Source of the DNA: Ilumatobacter sp.
GTDB lineage: Bacteria > Actinomycetota > Acidimicrobiia > Acidimicrobiales > Ilumatobacteraceae
Length of the DNA: 64,000 nucleotides
Direction of reading: 5' to 3'
NCBI GenBank assembly: GCA_035556435.1
Contig: DATMEY010000032.1
Span: forward strand, 48,720-112,719
Shown here: positions 34,533-43,389 of the stretch, one piece after another
Layout of the letters: each line of letters opens with the position of its first letter
Numbering within the stretch: the first letter of the stretch is position 1
The notes under the pieces: generated by a model
Told to the model about the DNA's origin: nothing
Seen by the model: the letters and a program-made list of their open reading frames with translations, nothing else
Databases searched by the model: none
Translations under genes and position numbers: made by a program

Positions 34533-35789
34533 GTGCCCATCACGCACCTGTTGCACGCGACGGTCGACGGCGAACCCACCGACGTGCTGATCGCCGACGG
34601 CACGATCGTGGCGGTCGCCGCAGCCGGGTCGCTGGCCCCATCGCCCGGCACCGATCTCGTCGAGTTGGTCGAAGTCGACCTGTCCGGGCACGTGCTGCTA
34701 CCCGCTGCGGTCGAGCCCCACGCCCATCTCGACAAGGCGTTTCTGGCCGAGGTGGTGCCGAACCCGGCCGGCGACCTGCACGGGGCGATCGAGGCGATGC
34801 AGGCGCACCGGCATCTGCTCACTTACGACGACACGGTCGCCCGGGCCGAGCGGGCAGCGCGGCTGATGGCACGCAACGGCTACGTCGCCGTGCGCACCCA
34901 CGCCGACACCGTGTTCGCCGACGGACACGGCAACGGGCTCACCAGCATCGCCGCCCTGGCCGAGGTGCGCGAGCGCGTGCGCGGCGTGATCGACATCGAG
35001 ATCGTCGCCCTGTCGGGCATCGGTGTGGTGGGGCCTGCCGGCGCCGGGCAGCGGGCGCTGCTGGCCGACGCGCTCGCTGCCGGCGCCGACCTGGTCGGCG
35101 GCTGCCCGCACCTGGAGGGCGACATCGAGGCCGCCACCGACGTGTTTCTCCAGATCGCCAGCGACCACGGGTGCGGCGTCGACCTGCACACCGACGAAAC
35201 GCTCGACCCCCACGCCAACGGGCTCGACGTGCTCGCCCGGCGGGTGCTCGCCGGGTTCGACCTGCCGGCCACGGCCAGCCATTGCGTGAGCCTCGGCCAG
35301 CAACCCGACGACGTGCAGCGGGCAACGGCCGAGCGGGTCGCCGCCGCGCGGGTAGGCGTGGTGGCGCTCCCCCACACGAACCTGTTCCTCCAGGGCCGCG
35401 GCCTGGTGCCGATGCCGCGCGGGCTCACCGCGGTGGCCGCGCTGCGTGCCGCCGGGGTGACCCTCGCCGCCGGGGCCGACAACGTGCAGGACCCGTTCAA
35501 CCCGGTCGGCCGGGCGTGCCCCTTCGAGACCGCCGGGCTGATGGTGATGGCCGCCCACCTGCTGCCCGGCGACGCCTGGCGATCGGTGTCGACCGAGGCC
35601 GCGGCAGTCCTCGGACGACCAGGTGCGGCGGGCATCCGGGCCGGAGCACCGGCCGACCTGCTGGCGGTCCCGGCAAGCACCGAGCGCGAAGCGATCGCGT
35701 TCGCCCCGCCCGAGCGCCGGCGCTGGATGGCCGGCCCGGTGGTTTCGACAGGCTCAACCACCTTGGTCCACTTCCACCAAGGCGGTTGA
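34533..35789 (+). CDS. Cytosine-deaminase-like metal-dependent amidohydrolase
   Basis: VLLPAAVEPHAHLDKAF (HxH), GVDLHTDE, SHCVSLG and AAGADNVQDPFNP. Start GTG at 34533 (MPITHLLHATVDGEPTDVLIADG). The last ~17 codons and the stop are encoded by repeat A1. Confidence 0.8.
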   Translation: MPITHLLHATVDGEPTDVLIADGTIVAVAAAGSLAPSPGTDLVELVEVDLSGHVLLPAAVEPHAHLDKAFLAEVVPNPAGDLHGAIEAMQAHRHLLTYDDTVARAERAARLMARNGYVAVRTHADTVFADGHGNGLTSIAALAEVRERVRGVIDIEIVALSGIGVVGPAGAGQRALLADALAAGADLVGGCPHLEGDIEAATDVFLQIASDHGCGVDLHTDETLDPHANGLDVLARRVLAGFDLPATASHCVSLGQQPDDVQRATAERVAAARVGVVALPHTNLFLQGRGLVPMPRGLTAVAALRAAGVTLAAGADNVQDPFNPVGRACPFETAGLMVMAAHLLPGDAWRSVSTEAAAVLGRPGAAGIRAGAPADLLAVPASTEREAIAFAPPERRRWMAGPVVSTGSTTLVHFHQGG

Positions 35790-35805
35790 GCCTGTCGTTG
35801 CCACC
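35738..35805. repeat. Family-A palindromic repeat, copy A1 (imperfect hairpin)
   Basis: GGTGGTTTCGACAGGCTCAACCACCTTGG - loop - CCAAGGCGGTTGAGCCTGTCGTTGCCACC, with 25 of 29 arm positions pairing. The amidohydrolase TGA (35787-35789) lies in the right arm. Confidence 0.8.
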
Positions 35806-35877
35806 GGTCGAATTCACACTGCCGTCACGCGTGCCCCGCACTCCGTGGCGCGACCACGAACTACGGTGGGCGGCGCC

Positions 35878-36600
35878 ATGGAAGGGGCTCGCGTCGTCGT
35901 CACCGGGGCTGCCCGAGGTATCGGCGCCGATATCGCGCGCCGGTTTGCTGCCGACGGGGCCCAGCTGGCGTTGATCGACGTGCTCGACGCAACCCCGCTG
36001 GCGGCCGAGCTCGGTGGCGTCGCCGTGACGTGTGACCTCGCCGACCCGGCCGCCACCGACGACGCGGTCGGCAAGGCCGTCGCCCAGCTCGGCGGCGTCG
36101 ACGTGCTCGTCAACAACGCCGGCGTGTTCCAGATCACCCCCCTGCTCGACATCACCCCCGCCGAATGGGACCGCACGATGGCGATCAATGCCCGGGCGAT
36201 GCTCGTCACCATTCAGGCCGCCGCCCGGGTCATGATCGCCCAGGGCCGCGGGGGACGGATCGTCAACATGGCCAGCATGGGTGGCAAGGTCGCCGAAGGC
36301 GGTCAGCTCACCTACGCAGCGTCGAAGGCGGCCGTCATCTCGCTCACCCAGGCCGCTGCCGCCGAACTCGGCCAGCACGGCATCACCGTCAACGCTGTGT
36401 GTCCCGGCTACGTGCTGACCGAGATGGGCGCCGACACACGCTCGCCCGAGCAGGTCGCCGGGTGGTCGGCACGCTCACCGCTCGGTCGCTGCGGCACCAC
36501 GTCCGACGTCGCCGACCTCGTCGCCTTTCTCGCCTCACCGGCCGCCGGCTACCTCACCGGCCAGGCCGTCAACGTCTCCGGAGGGATGATCGTCCATTGA
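35878..36600 (+). CDS. Short-chain dehydrogenase/reductase (FabG-like)
   Basis: VVVTGAARGIGADIARRF (TGxxxGxG), NNAG, and YAASKAAV (YxxxK). Confidence 0.9.
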   Translation: MEGARVVVTGAARGIGADIARRFAADGAQLALIDVLDATPLAAELGGVAVTCDLADPAATDDAVGKAVAQLGGVDVLVNNAGVFQITPLLDITPAEWDRTMAINARAMLVTIQAAARVMIAQGRGGRIVNMASMGGKVAEGGQLTYAASKAAVISLTQAAAAELGQHGITVNAVCPGYVLTEMGADTRSPEQVAGWSARSPLGRCGTTSDVADLVAFLASPAAGYLTGQAVNVSGGMIVH

Positions 36601-36611
36601 GCCTCGACACG

Positions 36612-37376
36612 ATGCCCGCTGACTCCCCTGCTGCGTCCGGTACCGGCCGCCTGCTCTCCTTCGACGAGGTGGCGATGACGTTCCCCGACGGCACGCACGC
36701 CGTCGACCCGGTCTCGTTCGGCGTCGACGCCGGCGAGTTCGTGTCGGTGGTGGGGCCATCGGGTTGTGGCAAGTCGACCCTGCTGCGGATCGCCTCGGGC
36801 CTCACCGCCCACACGGCCGGCACGGTCACCGTCGATCGCCGGGCGCTCGGCTACGTGTTCCAGGACGCCACCCTGCTCCCCTGGCGCACCGTACGCCGCA
36901 ACGTCGAGCTGCTCGCCGAGCTCGGCGACATGGCCCAGGCCGAGCGGCGCCAGCGGGTCGCCGAGGCGATTCACCTGGTCGGCCTGACCGGGTTCGAGGA
37001 CAAGTACCCGAAGCATCTCTCAGGCGGCATGCGGATGCGTGCGTCGCTGGCTCGCTCGCTGGTGCTCGAACCCGACGTGTTCCTGTTCGACGAGCCGTTC
37101 GGCGCACTCGACGAGATCACCCGCGAGCGCCTCAACGACGAGTTGATCGGGCTGTTCCAAGCCAAGCAGTTCGGCGCCCTGTTCATCACCCACTCGATCG
37201 CCGAGGCCGTGTTCATGTCCACCCGCGTGCTGGTGATGTCGGCCCGGCCGGGCCGCATCATCGCCGAGTTCGACGTGCCGTTCGACTACCCGCGCCCACC
37301 CGAGCTGCGCTTCGACCCCGAGTTCGCGCGGTTGTCGGGCGAGGTCAGCCAGGCCCTGCGGAGCGCCCACGCATGA
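36612..37376 (+). CDS. ABC transporter ATP-binding protein (NitT/TauT family)
   Basis: Walker A GPSGCGKSTLL, signature LSGGMRMR, and Walker B FLFDEPFGALD. Confidence 0.9.
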   Translation: MPADSPAASGTGRLLSFDEVAMTFPDGTHAVDPVSFGVDAGEFVSVVGPSGCGKSTLLRIASGLTAHTAGTVTVDRRALGYVFQDATLLPWRTVRRNVELLAELGDMAQAERRQRVAEAIHLVGLTGFEDKYPKHLSGGMRMRASLARSLVLEPDVFLFDEPFGALDEITRERLNDELIGLFQAKQFGALFITHSIAEAVFMSTRVLVMSARPGRIIAEFDVPFDYPRPPELRFDPEFARLSGEVSQALRSAHA

Positions 37377-38227
37377 GTTCCGTCGACAGCACCAGCGTGT
37401 ACACGGCCGTGCCGCCCGCCGCCCGCCGCGGACCGCGCCTCGGTTCGATCGTCGGCCCGGTCCTCGGCTTCGCGTTCTTCGTCGGGCTGTGGTACTTCAC
37501 CCACTACTGGGTGCTCGAGAACGTGTTCGGCAAGCGCAACCATCTCGTTCCTGCGCCGCACGTGGTGGTGCGCCGATCGCTCGAACCAATCCCCCGCGGC
37601 GACATGATCGCCGGGTTGGGGTGGACCGCGCTGGTGGCCCTGGTGGGCCTGATGATCGCGATCACGCTCGGCACCGCGCTGGCCGTGCTGATGGCCCAGG
37701 CCAAGCCGATCGAGCAGGCGTTCTGGCCGTACCTGATCGCCGCCCAGGCCATCCCGATCCTGGCGATCGTGCCACTGATCGGCGTGGTGCTCGGCTTCGG
37801 GTTCTGGTCGCGAATCCTCGTGTGTGTGATCATCTCGTTCTTCCCGATCGTGTCGAACACGCTGTTCGGGTTGCTCGGCGCCGAACGCAGCCAGCACGAC
37901 CTGTTCACGCTCCAGGGGGCGTCGCGCTGGACCCGGCTGCTCAAGCTGCAACTGCCCGGCGCGCTGCCGGCGATCTTCACCGGGTTCCGTATCGCGGCCG
38001 GCCTGTCGGTGATCGGTGCGGTGGTCGGCGAGTTGTTCTTCCGCAAGGGCGGCAAGGGCATCGGCATCCTCATGGACCAGTACCGGTCGCGCAACATGTA
38101 TCCCCAGACCTACGGCGCGCTGGTGCTGTCGTCGCTGCTCGGCGTCGCCGTGTTCGTGTTCTTCGGGTGGCTCAGCAAGCTGGTGATCGGCCGCTGGCAC
38201 GAGCAGACCCGCCAGGGGGCCGGTTGA
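37373..38227 (+). CDS. ABC transporter permease (NitT/TauT family)
   Basis: The ATG at 37373 overlaps the upstream stop (ATGA). Multi-pass hydrophobic protein of the BPD_transp_1 type. Confidence 0.85.
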   Translation: MSSVDSTSVYTAVPPAARRGPRLGSIVGPVLGFAFFVGLWYFTHYWVLENVFGKRNHLVPAPHVVVRRSLEPIPRGDMIAGLGWTALVALVGLMIAITLGTALAVLMAQAKPIEQAFWPYLIAAQAIPILAIVPLIGVVLGFGFWSRILVCVIISFFPIVSNTLFGLLGAERSQHDLFTLQGASRWTRLLKLQLPGALPAIFTGFRIAAGLSVIGAVVGELFFRKGGKGIGILMDQYRSRNMYPQTYGALVLSSLLGVAVFVFFGWLSKLVIGRWHEQTRQGAG

Positions 38228-38269
38228 GGCTCCCCACTCAGTGGGGCGCCGGTTGAGGCCCCCCACTCA
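38219..38269 (+). repeat. Two 22-bp direct repeats (1 mismatch, period 29) spanning the permease stop codon
   Basis: GCCGGTTGAGGCTCCCCACTCA (38219-38240) and GCCGGTTGAGGCCCCCCACTCA (38248-38269). The first copy contains the TGA at 38225-38227 and forms the small hairpin CCCCAC-TCA-GTGGGG. Confidence 0.6.
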
Positions 38270-38359
38270 CAGAGCGCCGGGTGATGCAGCATCGCCCACC
38301 GCAACCCCCGAGCTTCGGCTCCCAGCGTGAACAACAGCGTGAACAACCCAAGGAGAGGC

Positions 38360-39565
38360 ATGCATACCAACAAGCAGCGCACACGGCTGATCGCCTGCGC
38401 ATCGGTCGCGGCCCTGGCCCTCGTGGCCTGCGGCGGTGACGACGATGCCGCCGACACCCCGCCCACCGATGCCCCGAGCACCGAAGCACCGGACGTTCCC
38501 ACCACCGAAGCGCCCGACGAGGGCGTGTCGTTGGCCGGCGTGTGTCCCGACACGGTCGTGATCCAGACCGACTGGAACCCCGAGGCCGAGCACGGCTGGA
38601 TCTACGAGATGATCGGCGATCCGTACGAGATCGACACCGGGGCGGTGGCCGTGCGCGGCCCGCTCGTGGCAGGTGGGGCCGACACCGGCGTCACGATCGA
38701 GATCCGTTCCGGCGGCCCGGCGATCGGCTTCCAGACCGTCACGTCGCAGCTTTACGCCGACGACTCGATCACGCTCGGCTACGTCTACACCGACGAGGCC
38801 ATCCAGAACTCGGCCGAGTTCCCCACCGTGGCGGTGATGGCCGGCATGGAGAAGAACCCGCAGATGATCATGTGGGACCCCGAGACGTACCCCGACGTGG
38901 AGTCGATCGCCGACCTCGGTGAAGCCGGTGTCACCGTCATGTACTTCGGCGGCGCCGCCTACATGGACTACTTCACCCAGACCGGCATCTTGTCGGCCAG
39001 CCAGGTCGACGGCTCGTACAACGGCACGCCGGCCGTGTTCACGTCGCAGGAAGGCGCGTTCGCCCAGCAGGGCTTCGGCTCGGCCGAGCCGTACGTGTAC
39101 GAGCACGAGGTCGGCGACTGGATGAAGCCGATCGCCTACGCGTACATCAACGACGCCGGCTGGGAGAACTACGCCGAGTCGATCGCCGTGCGCGCCGACC
39201 GCCTCGACGAGTTGTCGCCGTGCCTCGAACTGCTCGTGCCGGTCATCCAGCAGTCGTCGGTCGACTACGTGACCAACCCGGCCGAGACGAACACGGTGAT
39301 CATCGAAGCCGTCGAAGCGTTCGACAACGGCTGGGTGTACACCGAAGGTGTCGCCGAGTACGCCGTGGCGACAATGCTCGCCGACGGGCTGCTGTCGAAC
39401 GGCCCCGACTCCACGCTCGGCAACTTCGACCTCGACCGGGTCCAGGGCCTGATCGACATCGCCATTCCGGTGTACGAGTCGCTCGGCCAGCCGCCGAAGG
39501 AGGGCCTGGTGTCCGAAGACATCGTCACCAACCAGTTCATCGACGAGAGCATCGGCCTCCCGTAA
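38360..39565 (+). CDS. ABC substrate-binding lipoprotein (NMT1/THI5-like, NitT/TauT family)
   Basis: ATG at 38360 preceded by AAGGAGAGG. Sequence MHTNKQRTRLIACASVAALALVACGGDDD has a lipobox. Confidence 0.8.
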   Translation: MHTNKQRTRLIACASVAALALVACGGDDDAADTPPTDAPSTEAPDVPTTEAPDEGVSLAGVCPDTVVIQTDWNPEAEHGWIYEMIGDPYEIDTGAVAVRGPLVAGGADTGVTIEIRSGGPAIGFQTVTSQLYADDSITLGYVYTDEAIQNSAEFPTVAVMAGMEKNPQMIMWDPETYPDVESIADLGEAGVTVMYFGGAAYMDYFTQTGILSASQVDGSYNGTPAVFTSQEGAFAQQGFGSAEPYVYEHEVGDWMKPIAYAYINDAGWENYAESIAVRADRLDELSPCLELLVPVIQQSSVDYVTNPAETNTVIIEAVEAFDNGWVYTEGVAEYAVATMLADGLLSNGPDSTLGNFDLDRVQGLIDIAIPVYESLGQPPKEGLVSEDIVTNQFIDESIGLP

Positions 39566-39571
39566 CCCCCC

Positions 39572-39615
39572 GGTTTCGACAGGCTCAACCACCGGTGGTT
39601 GAGCCTGTCGAAACC
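39572..39615. repeat. Family-A palindromic repeat, copy A2 (perfect 22+22 palindrome); probable bidirectional terminator
   Basis: GGTTTCGACAGGCTCAACCACC|GGTGGTTGAGCCTGTCGAAACC sits between convergent stops at 39565 (+) and 39620 (-). Confidence 0.85.
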
Positions 39616-39619
39616 ACCC

Positions 39620-41164
39620 TCAGGCACGCCGCAGGATGGTCTTGGCGGCGTTGCGGCCGGGGGCGCCCCACACGCCGGCGCCGGGGAACGTCGCGGCGCC
39701 GGTGAGGTACAACCCGGCAATCGGTGTGGTGTAGCGCGACAGCTCACGCTGGCGCCCGAGCAGGGCCGCCAGTGGGCCGCCGGGGAACGACGTCGCGTAG
39801 CCCTTCGGCATGCCGTACTCGCGGTCGTACACGTCCGGCGTGTTCGCCCGCCACTCGGCGATCGCCTCGCGGAACCCGTCCTCGAACAACGTCGCCGCCA
39901 CGTCGAGCCACCGCTCCGGCTCGGCCGCCGTGCTCCACCCGCCCCGGAACGCGTACGGCGTGTAGAGCACCTCGAGGCTGAGCACATGCTCGCCGGGTGG
40001 CGCCAGCGACGGGTCGAGCGCGGTCGGGAAGTTGATCAGGAAGATCGGCCGCTCGGCGATCTCGCCGCGTTGGCTGAGCGCGTGCGCAGCACCGATCGCG
40101 GCCAGGCTCGGTGCCACGAACGTGGTGCCCGAGTGCTGATCGGTGAAGCCTGCCTCGGCCAACCGCGGGTCGCGCCCACGCCATGCCGGCAGCGCGGTGA
40201 GGCGGGCGTCGATCTTCGATTCGTACCCCTCCGGCTGGGGCGTGTCGCGCCAGCGCCGCACGAACTCGCCGGCCGCCGCCGGGGCATCGCGCAGGTAGCG
40301 CACGATCGCCTCACGGGGGTCACAGGCCACCACCACCACTGGTGCCTCGATCAGTGTCCCATCGTCGAGTTCGACCCCGCGCACCGCCTCACCGACGCAC
40401 ACGATCGCGGCGACGCGGGTACTGGTGCGTACTGCTCCCCCAGCGCTGGTCAGTGCGGCCGCCAGCGCGTCGGTGAGCCGACCGCTGCCGCCCACCGGCC
40501 GCCCGACCGGGTTGACGTGCTTGGTCGCCACCGCGATCGCGCCCAGCCCGGTGCCTGGGGTGTCGGGTGAGACGCCCCATACGGCTGGCCCGGTGGCCAT
40601 CGCCGGGCCGAGCAATCCCTCGTCGGTGAAGAACCCGCGCAGCACGTCGCCGACCGACATCCGCGACCAGCGCAGTAGCCGCACCGCGGCCGGCGAGTGC
40701 TTCGCCAACGCGGTGCGCAGCAGCGACGGTCCGGTCGGGTCGGCGTTGGCAAGGTCGCGCAGCAACCGCGCCACCGGCACGGCCGCCTTGGCGTAGCGGC
40801 GATAGTTGTCGACCTGCTGCGGGAAGTGCACCGCCAGCGCGTCGAGCGTCTGGTCGACGTCGGCGAAGATCGGGGCCGGGCCGGGGGCATCCCAGCCGAG
40901 CGCCACGCCGCCTGGGTCGACGGGCAGATACTCCAGCCCGTGCGTCGCCAGGTCGAGTTCGTCGAGCAGCGGGCTGCCGCGCACCATGCCGTGGTCGCAA
41001 CTACAGATGTTGACGCGGGCGCCGACCGCGTCGTCGGTGCCGGCCGCCCCGCCCACCGTCGCGCGGGCCTCGATCACGAGCGGCGTCAGCCCTGCCCGGG
41101 CGAGATACGCCGTGCACACCAGCCCGTTGTGCCCACCGCCGACGACGATCGCGTCGGGTGTCAC
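39620..41164 (-). CDS. NAD(P)/FAD-dependent oxidoreductase, phytoene-desaturase (CrtI) family
   Basis: Dinucleotide-binding N-terminus TPDAIVVGGGHNGLVCTAYLARAGL. Start set at the internal GTG (41164), because the track start at 41194 lies inside repeat B2. Confidence 0.8.
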   Translation of the reverse strand: MTPDAIVVGGGHNGLVCTAYLARAGLTPLVIEARATVGGAAGTDDAVGARVNICSCDHGMVRGSPLLDELDLATHGLEYLPVDPGGVALGWDAPGPAPIFADVDQTLDALAVHFPQQVDNYRRYAKAAVPVARLLRDLANADPTGPSLLRTALAKHSPAAVRLLRWSRMSVGDVLRGFFTDEGLLGPAMATGPAVWGVSPDTPGTGLGAIAVATKHVNPVGRPVGGSGRLTDALAAALTSAGGAVRTSTRVAAIVCVGEAVRGVELDDGTLIEAPVVVVACDPREAIVRYLRDAPAAAGEFVRRWRDTPQPEGYESKIDARLTALPAWRGRDPRLAEAGFTDQHSGTTFVAPSLAAIGAAHALSQRGEIAERPIFLINFPTALDPSLAPPGEHVLSLEVLYTPYAFRGGWSTAAEPERWLDVAATLFEDGFREAIAEWRANTPDVYDREYGMPKGYATSFPGGPLAALLGRQRELSRYTTPIAGLYLTGAATFPGAGVWGAPGRNAAKTILRRA

Positions 41165-41181
41165 CGCGACCTCCCAGGCGT

Positions 41182-41268
41182 GGTCTCGATACACCGCCCA
41201 GAGGGCGGCACTCGACCACCTTGGCCTACGGTGGTCGAGTGCCGGGCTCTGCCCGGTGTATCGAGACC
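41182..41268. repeat. Family-B nested palindromic repeat, copy B2 (full length, 87 bp)
   Basis: Outer arms GGTCTCGATACACCG / CGGTGTATCGAGACC and inner arms GGCACTCGACCACC / GGTGGTCGAGTGCC are both perfect. The 10-nt spacers pair partially and the loop is 9 nt. Confidence 0.85.
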
Positions 41269-41282
41269 TGGTGCGCGCAGCG

Positions 41283-42560
41283 TCACGAGCGGGCCGCCTG
41301 CAACAGCGTGTGCAGCAGGACGTTGGCTCCGCGGGCGAGGTCGGCCGGAGCGGTGAACTCGGCGATGTTGTGGCTCAGCCCGTTGGCCGAGGGCACGAAG
41401 ATCATCGCCGTCGGGCACACCCGGGCCAGCATTTGGGCGTCATGCCCGGCGCCGCTCGGCATGCGCTGCGTGCTGTAGCCGAGCGCTTGGGCCGTCGCCT
41501 CGACCGTGGCGACCATCGCCTCGTCGAAGGCGACCGGTTCGAACCGCGCCAACGTCCGCCGGGCAATGGTGACGCCCTCGTCGCGCTCCAGCTCGGCCAA
41601 CCGTGCAGCCAACATCGACTCCGCCCGCTGCAGCTCGGCCTCGTCGGTGTTGCGTAGGTCGACGGTGAGCAGCGCGGTGCTGGCCACGACGTTGACGAGA
41701 TTCGGGGAGAGCTCGAGTCGCCCCACGGTGGCAACTTGCGAACCACCGAGTTCGGTGGCGATGCGGCGGGCCGCAACAGCTACCTCGGCGGCCACGTAGC
41801 CGGGGTCGTGGCGCAATCGCATCGGTGTGGTGCCGGCGTGCGCCGACTGACCGGTGACGGTGAGCTCGGTCCACGAGATGCCCTGCACGCCGGTGACGAC
41901 ACCGATGTCGACACCGACGTCTTCGAGCACGGGGCCCTGTTCGATGTGCAGCTCGACGAAGCGGTGCGGGAACGCCGCACCGGGGCACGGGAGCGGGCCC
42001 GCGTAGCCGATTCGCTCCAGCTCGTCGCCGAGCCGTGCGTGGTCGTCAGCCGCGCGCACGTCGAGCGCGTCCTCCAGGCTCATCCCGCCGACGTAGACGA
42101 GGCTGCCGAGCATGTCAGGGGCGAAACGGGCGCCCTCCTCGTCGGTGAAGAACGCGACCGTGATCGCGCGTGGCGTGTCAACGCCGGCCGTGATGAGCGT
42201 CTCGAGCACCTCCAGCCCGGCGAGCACGCCGAGGTTGCCGTCGTAGCGTCCGCCGGTGCGGACGGTGTCGATGTGCGACCCGGTCATCACCGGGGCCAGC
42301 GTCGGGTCGGTACCGGGGCGGGTGGCGAACACGTTGCCGATCGCGTCGATCGCCACGTCGAGCCCGAGGTCGCGCATCCACGTCATGACGAGGTCGCGTC
42401 CGTCGCGGTCGGCGTCGGTGAGGGCCAGCCGGGCGCACCCGCGCACGCCGTTCGGCCCGTGCACCGCGCCGACCTCGCCGAGCGCCTCGATGCGCGCGAT
42501 CAGCCGGTCGACGTCGACGCGCAGCTCGGTGGTAACGACTGGCTCAACCACCTTGGGCAC
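41283..42560 (-). CDS. M20-family Zn-dependent amidohydrolase (allantoate amidohydrolase / N-carbamoyl-L-amino-acid hydrolase type)
   Basis: VMTGSHIDTVRTGGRYDGNLGVLAGLEVLETL and SGAGHDAQ. The GTG start and first codons (MPKVVEPVVTT) lie in half-repeat A4. Confidence 0.85.
   Translation of the reverse strand: MPKVVEPVVTTELRVDVDRLIARIEALGEVGAVHGPNGVRGCARLALTDADRDGRDLVMTWMRDLGLDVAIDAIGNVFATRPGTDPTLAPVMTGSHIDTVRTGGRYDGNLGVLAGLEVLETLITAGVDTPRAITVAFFTDEEGARFAPDMLGSLVYVGGMSLEDALDVRAADDHARLGDELERIGYAGPLPCPGAAFPHRFVELHIEQGPVLEDVGVDIGVVTGVQGISWTELTVTGQSAHAGTTPMRLRHDPGYVAAEVAVAARRIATELGGSQVATVGRLELSPNLVNVVASTALLTVDLRNTDEAELQRAESMLAARLAELERDEGVTIARRTLARFEPVAFDEAMVATVEATAQALGYSTQRMPSGAGHDAQMLARVCPTAMIFVPSANGLSHNIAEFTAPADLARGANVLLHTLLQAARS
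42531..42556. repeat. Family-A half-repeat, copy A4 (solo arm)
   Basis: GGTAACGACTGGCTCAACCACCTTGG aligns with the A1 arms (GGTGGTTTCGACAGGCTCAACCACCTTGG). No partner arm was found. Confidence 0.55.
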
Positions 42561-42578
42561 CGCTCCTGGTGGACACGG

Positions 42579-43370
42579 TCACGGGTGGAACTCGAAGGCG
42601 GCGATCTCGCCGAGGGCCTCGACGAACGCGGCGACGCTGCCTTCGAACAGTTCCTTGCCGCGTTCGGCCGTCGCCAGCGTGGGGTCGCCGATGTGGCCGT
42701 CGGGGCCGAAGTCGTCCGACAGCCAGCCGAACCCGACCCGGCCACCGAAGCGCACGTACCGGTTGCCGGCCAGGTGCTCGGGCACGTTGCGGGAGGCGGC
42801 CGACATGTCGACCAGCTCGGGTGCCAGGTACAGCATCAGCGAGGTCTCGTCGATGCCCCCGTGAATGCCCATGCCCAGCTCTTCGGCTGGCGAGCTGCCG
42901 CCCTGGTCAGGAGGTACGCCGGGGTGGGCGAGGAACGTCATCAGCCCGTGCGCCAGGCGCAGCTCGCGGTTGGCGACACCCACTAGCGCCGAGTTGCCAC
43001 CGTGACCGTTGAAGAACACGAGCTTGCGGGCCGAGGTGGTGGCGACGCAGCGCCCGATGTCGTCGAGTACCCGCAGCAGCGTGTCGGCTGACAGCCAGAT
43101 CGTGCCGGCCGACCAGGCGTGCTCGTTCGACTTCGTGTACGCCAGCGACGGCAGCAACCACACGTCGATCCCCTGCCGGGCAGCCTCGGCCACGGCGGCG
43201 TCGGCGACCCGGTTGGCGATCAGCTGGTCGGTGACGAACGGCAGGTGGGGGCCGTGTTGCTCGACGGCGCCGAGCGGCTGCACGACGATCGACGCCGGCG
43301 ACAGCGCGGCGGCCACCTGCGGGGCGCGCAGGTCGGCCAACTGGCGGGTGGCGGGGACGGGCACGCTCAT
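42579..43370 (-). CDS. Creatininase-family amidohydrolase
   Basis: QPLGAVEQHGPHLPFVTD, FFNGHGGN and GIHGGIDETS are typical of creatinine amidohydrolase/MftE-like proteins. Confidence 0.8.
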   Translation of the reverse strand: MSVPVPATRQLADLRAPQVAAALSPASIVVQPLGAVEQHGPHLPFVTDQLIANRVADAAVAEAARQGIDVWLLPSLAYTKSNEHAWSAGTIWLSADTLLRVLDDIGRCVATTSARKLVFFNGHGGNSALVGVANRELRLAHGLMTFLAHPGVPPDQGGSSPAEELGMGIHGGIDETSLMLYLAPELVDMSAASRNVPEHLAGNRYVRFGGRVGFGWLSDDFGPDGHIGDPTLATAERGKELFEGSVAAFVEALGEIAAFEFHP

Positions 43371-43389
43371 CGGCCGGCCGGTCGGTCGG

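Noticed and set aside
38228-38359. Riboswitch (for example TPP, given the NMT1/THI5-like binding protein) in the spacer before the SBP gene
   Set aside because: No CUGAGA / ACCUGAUCUGGAUAAUGCCAGCG-like TPP core or other conserved riboswitch core could be recognised. Only direct repeats were seen.
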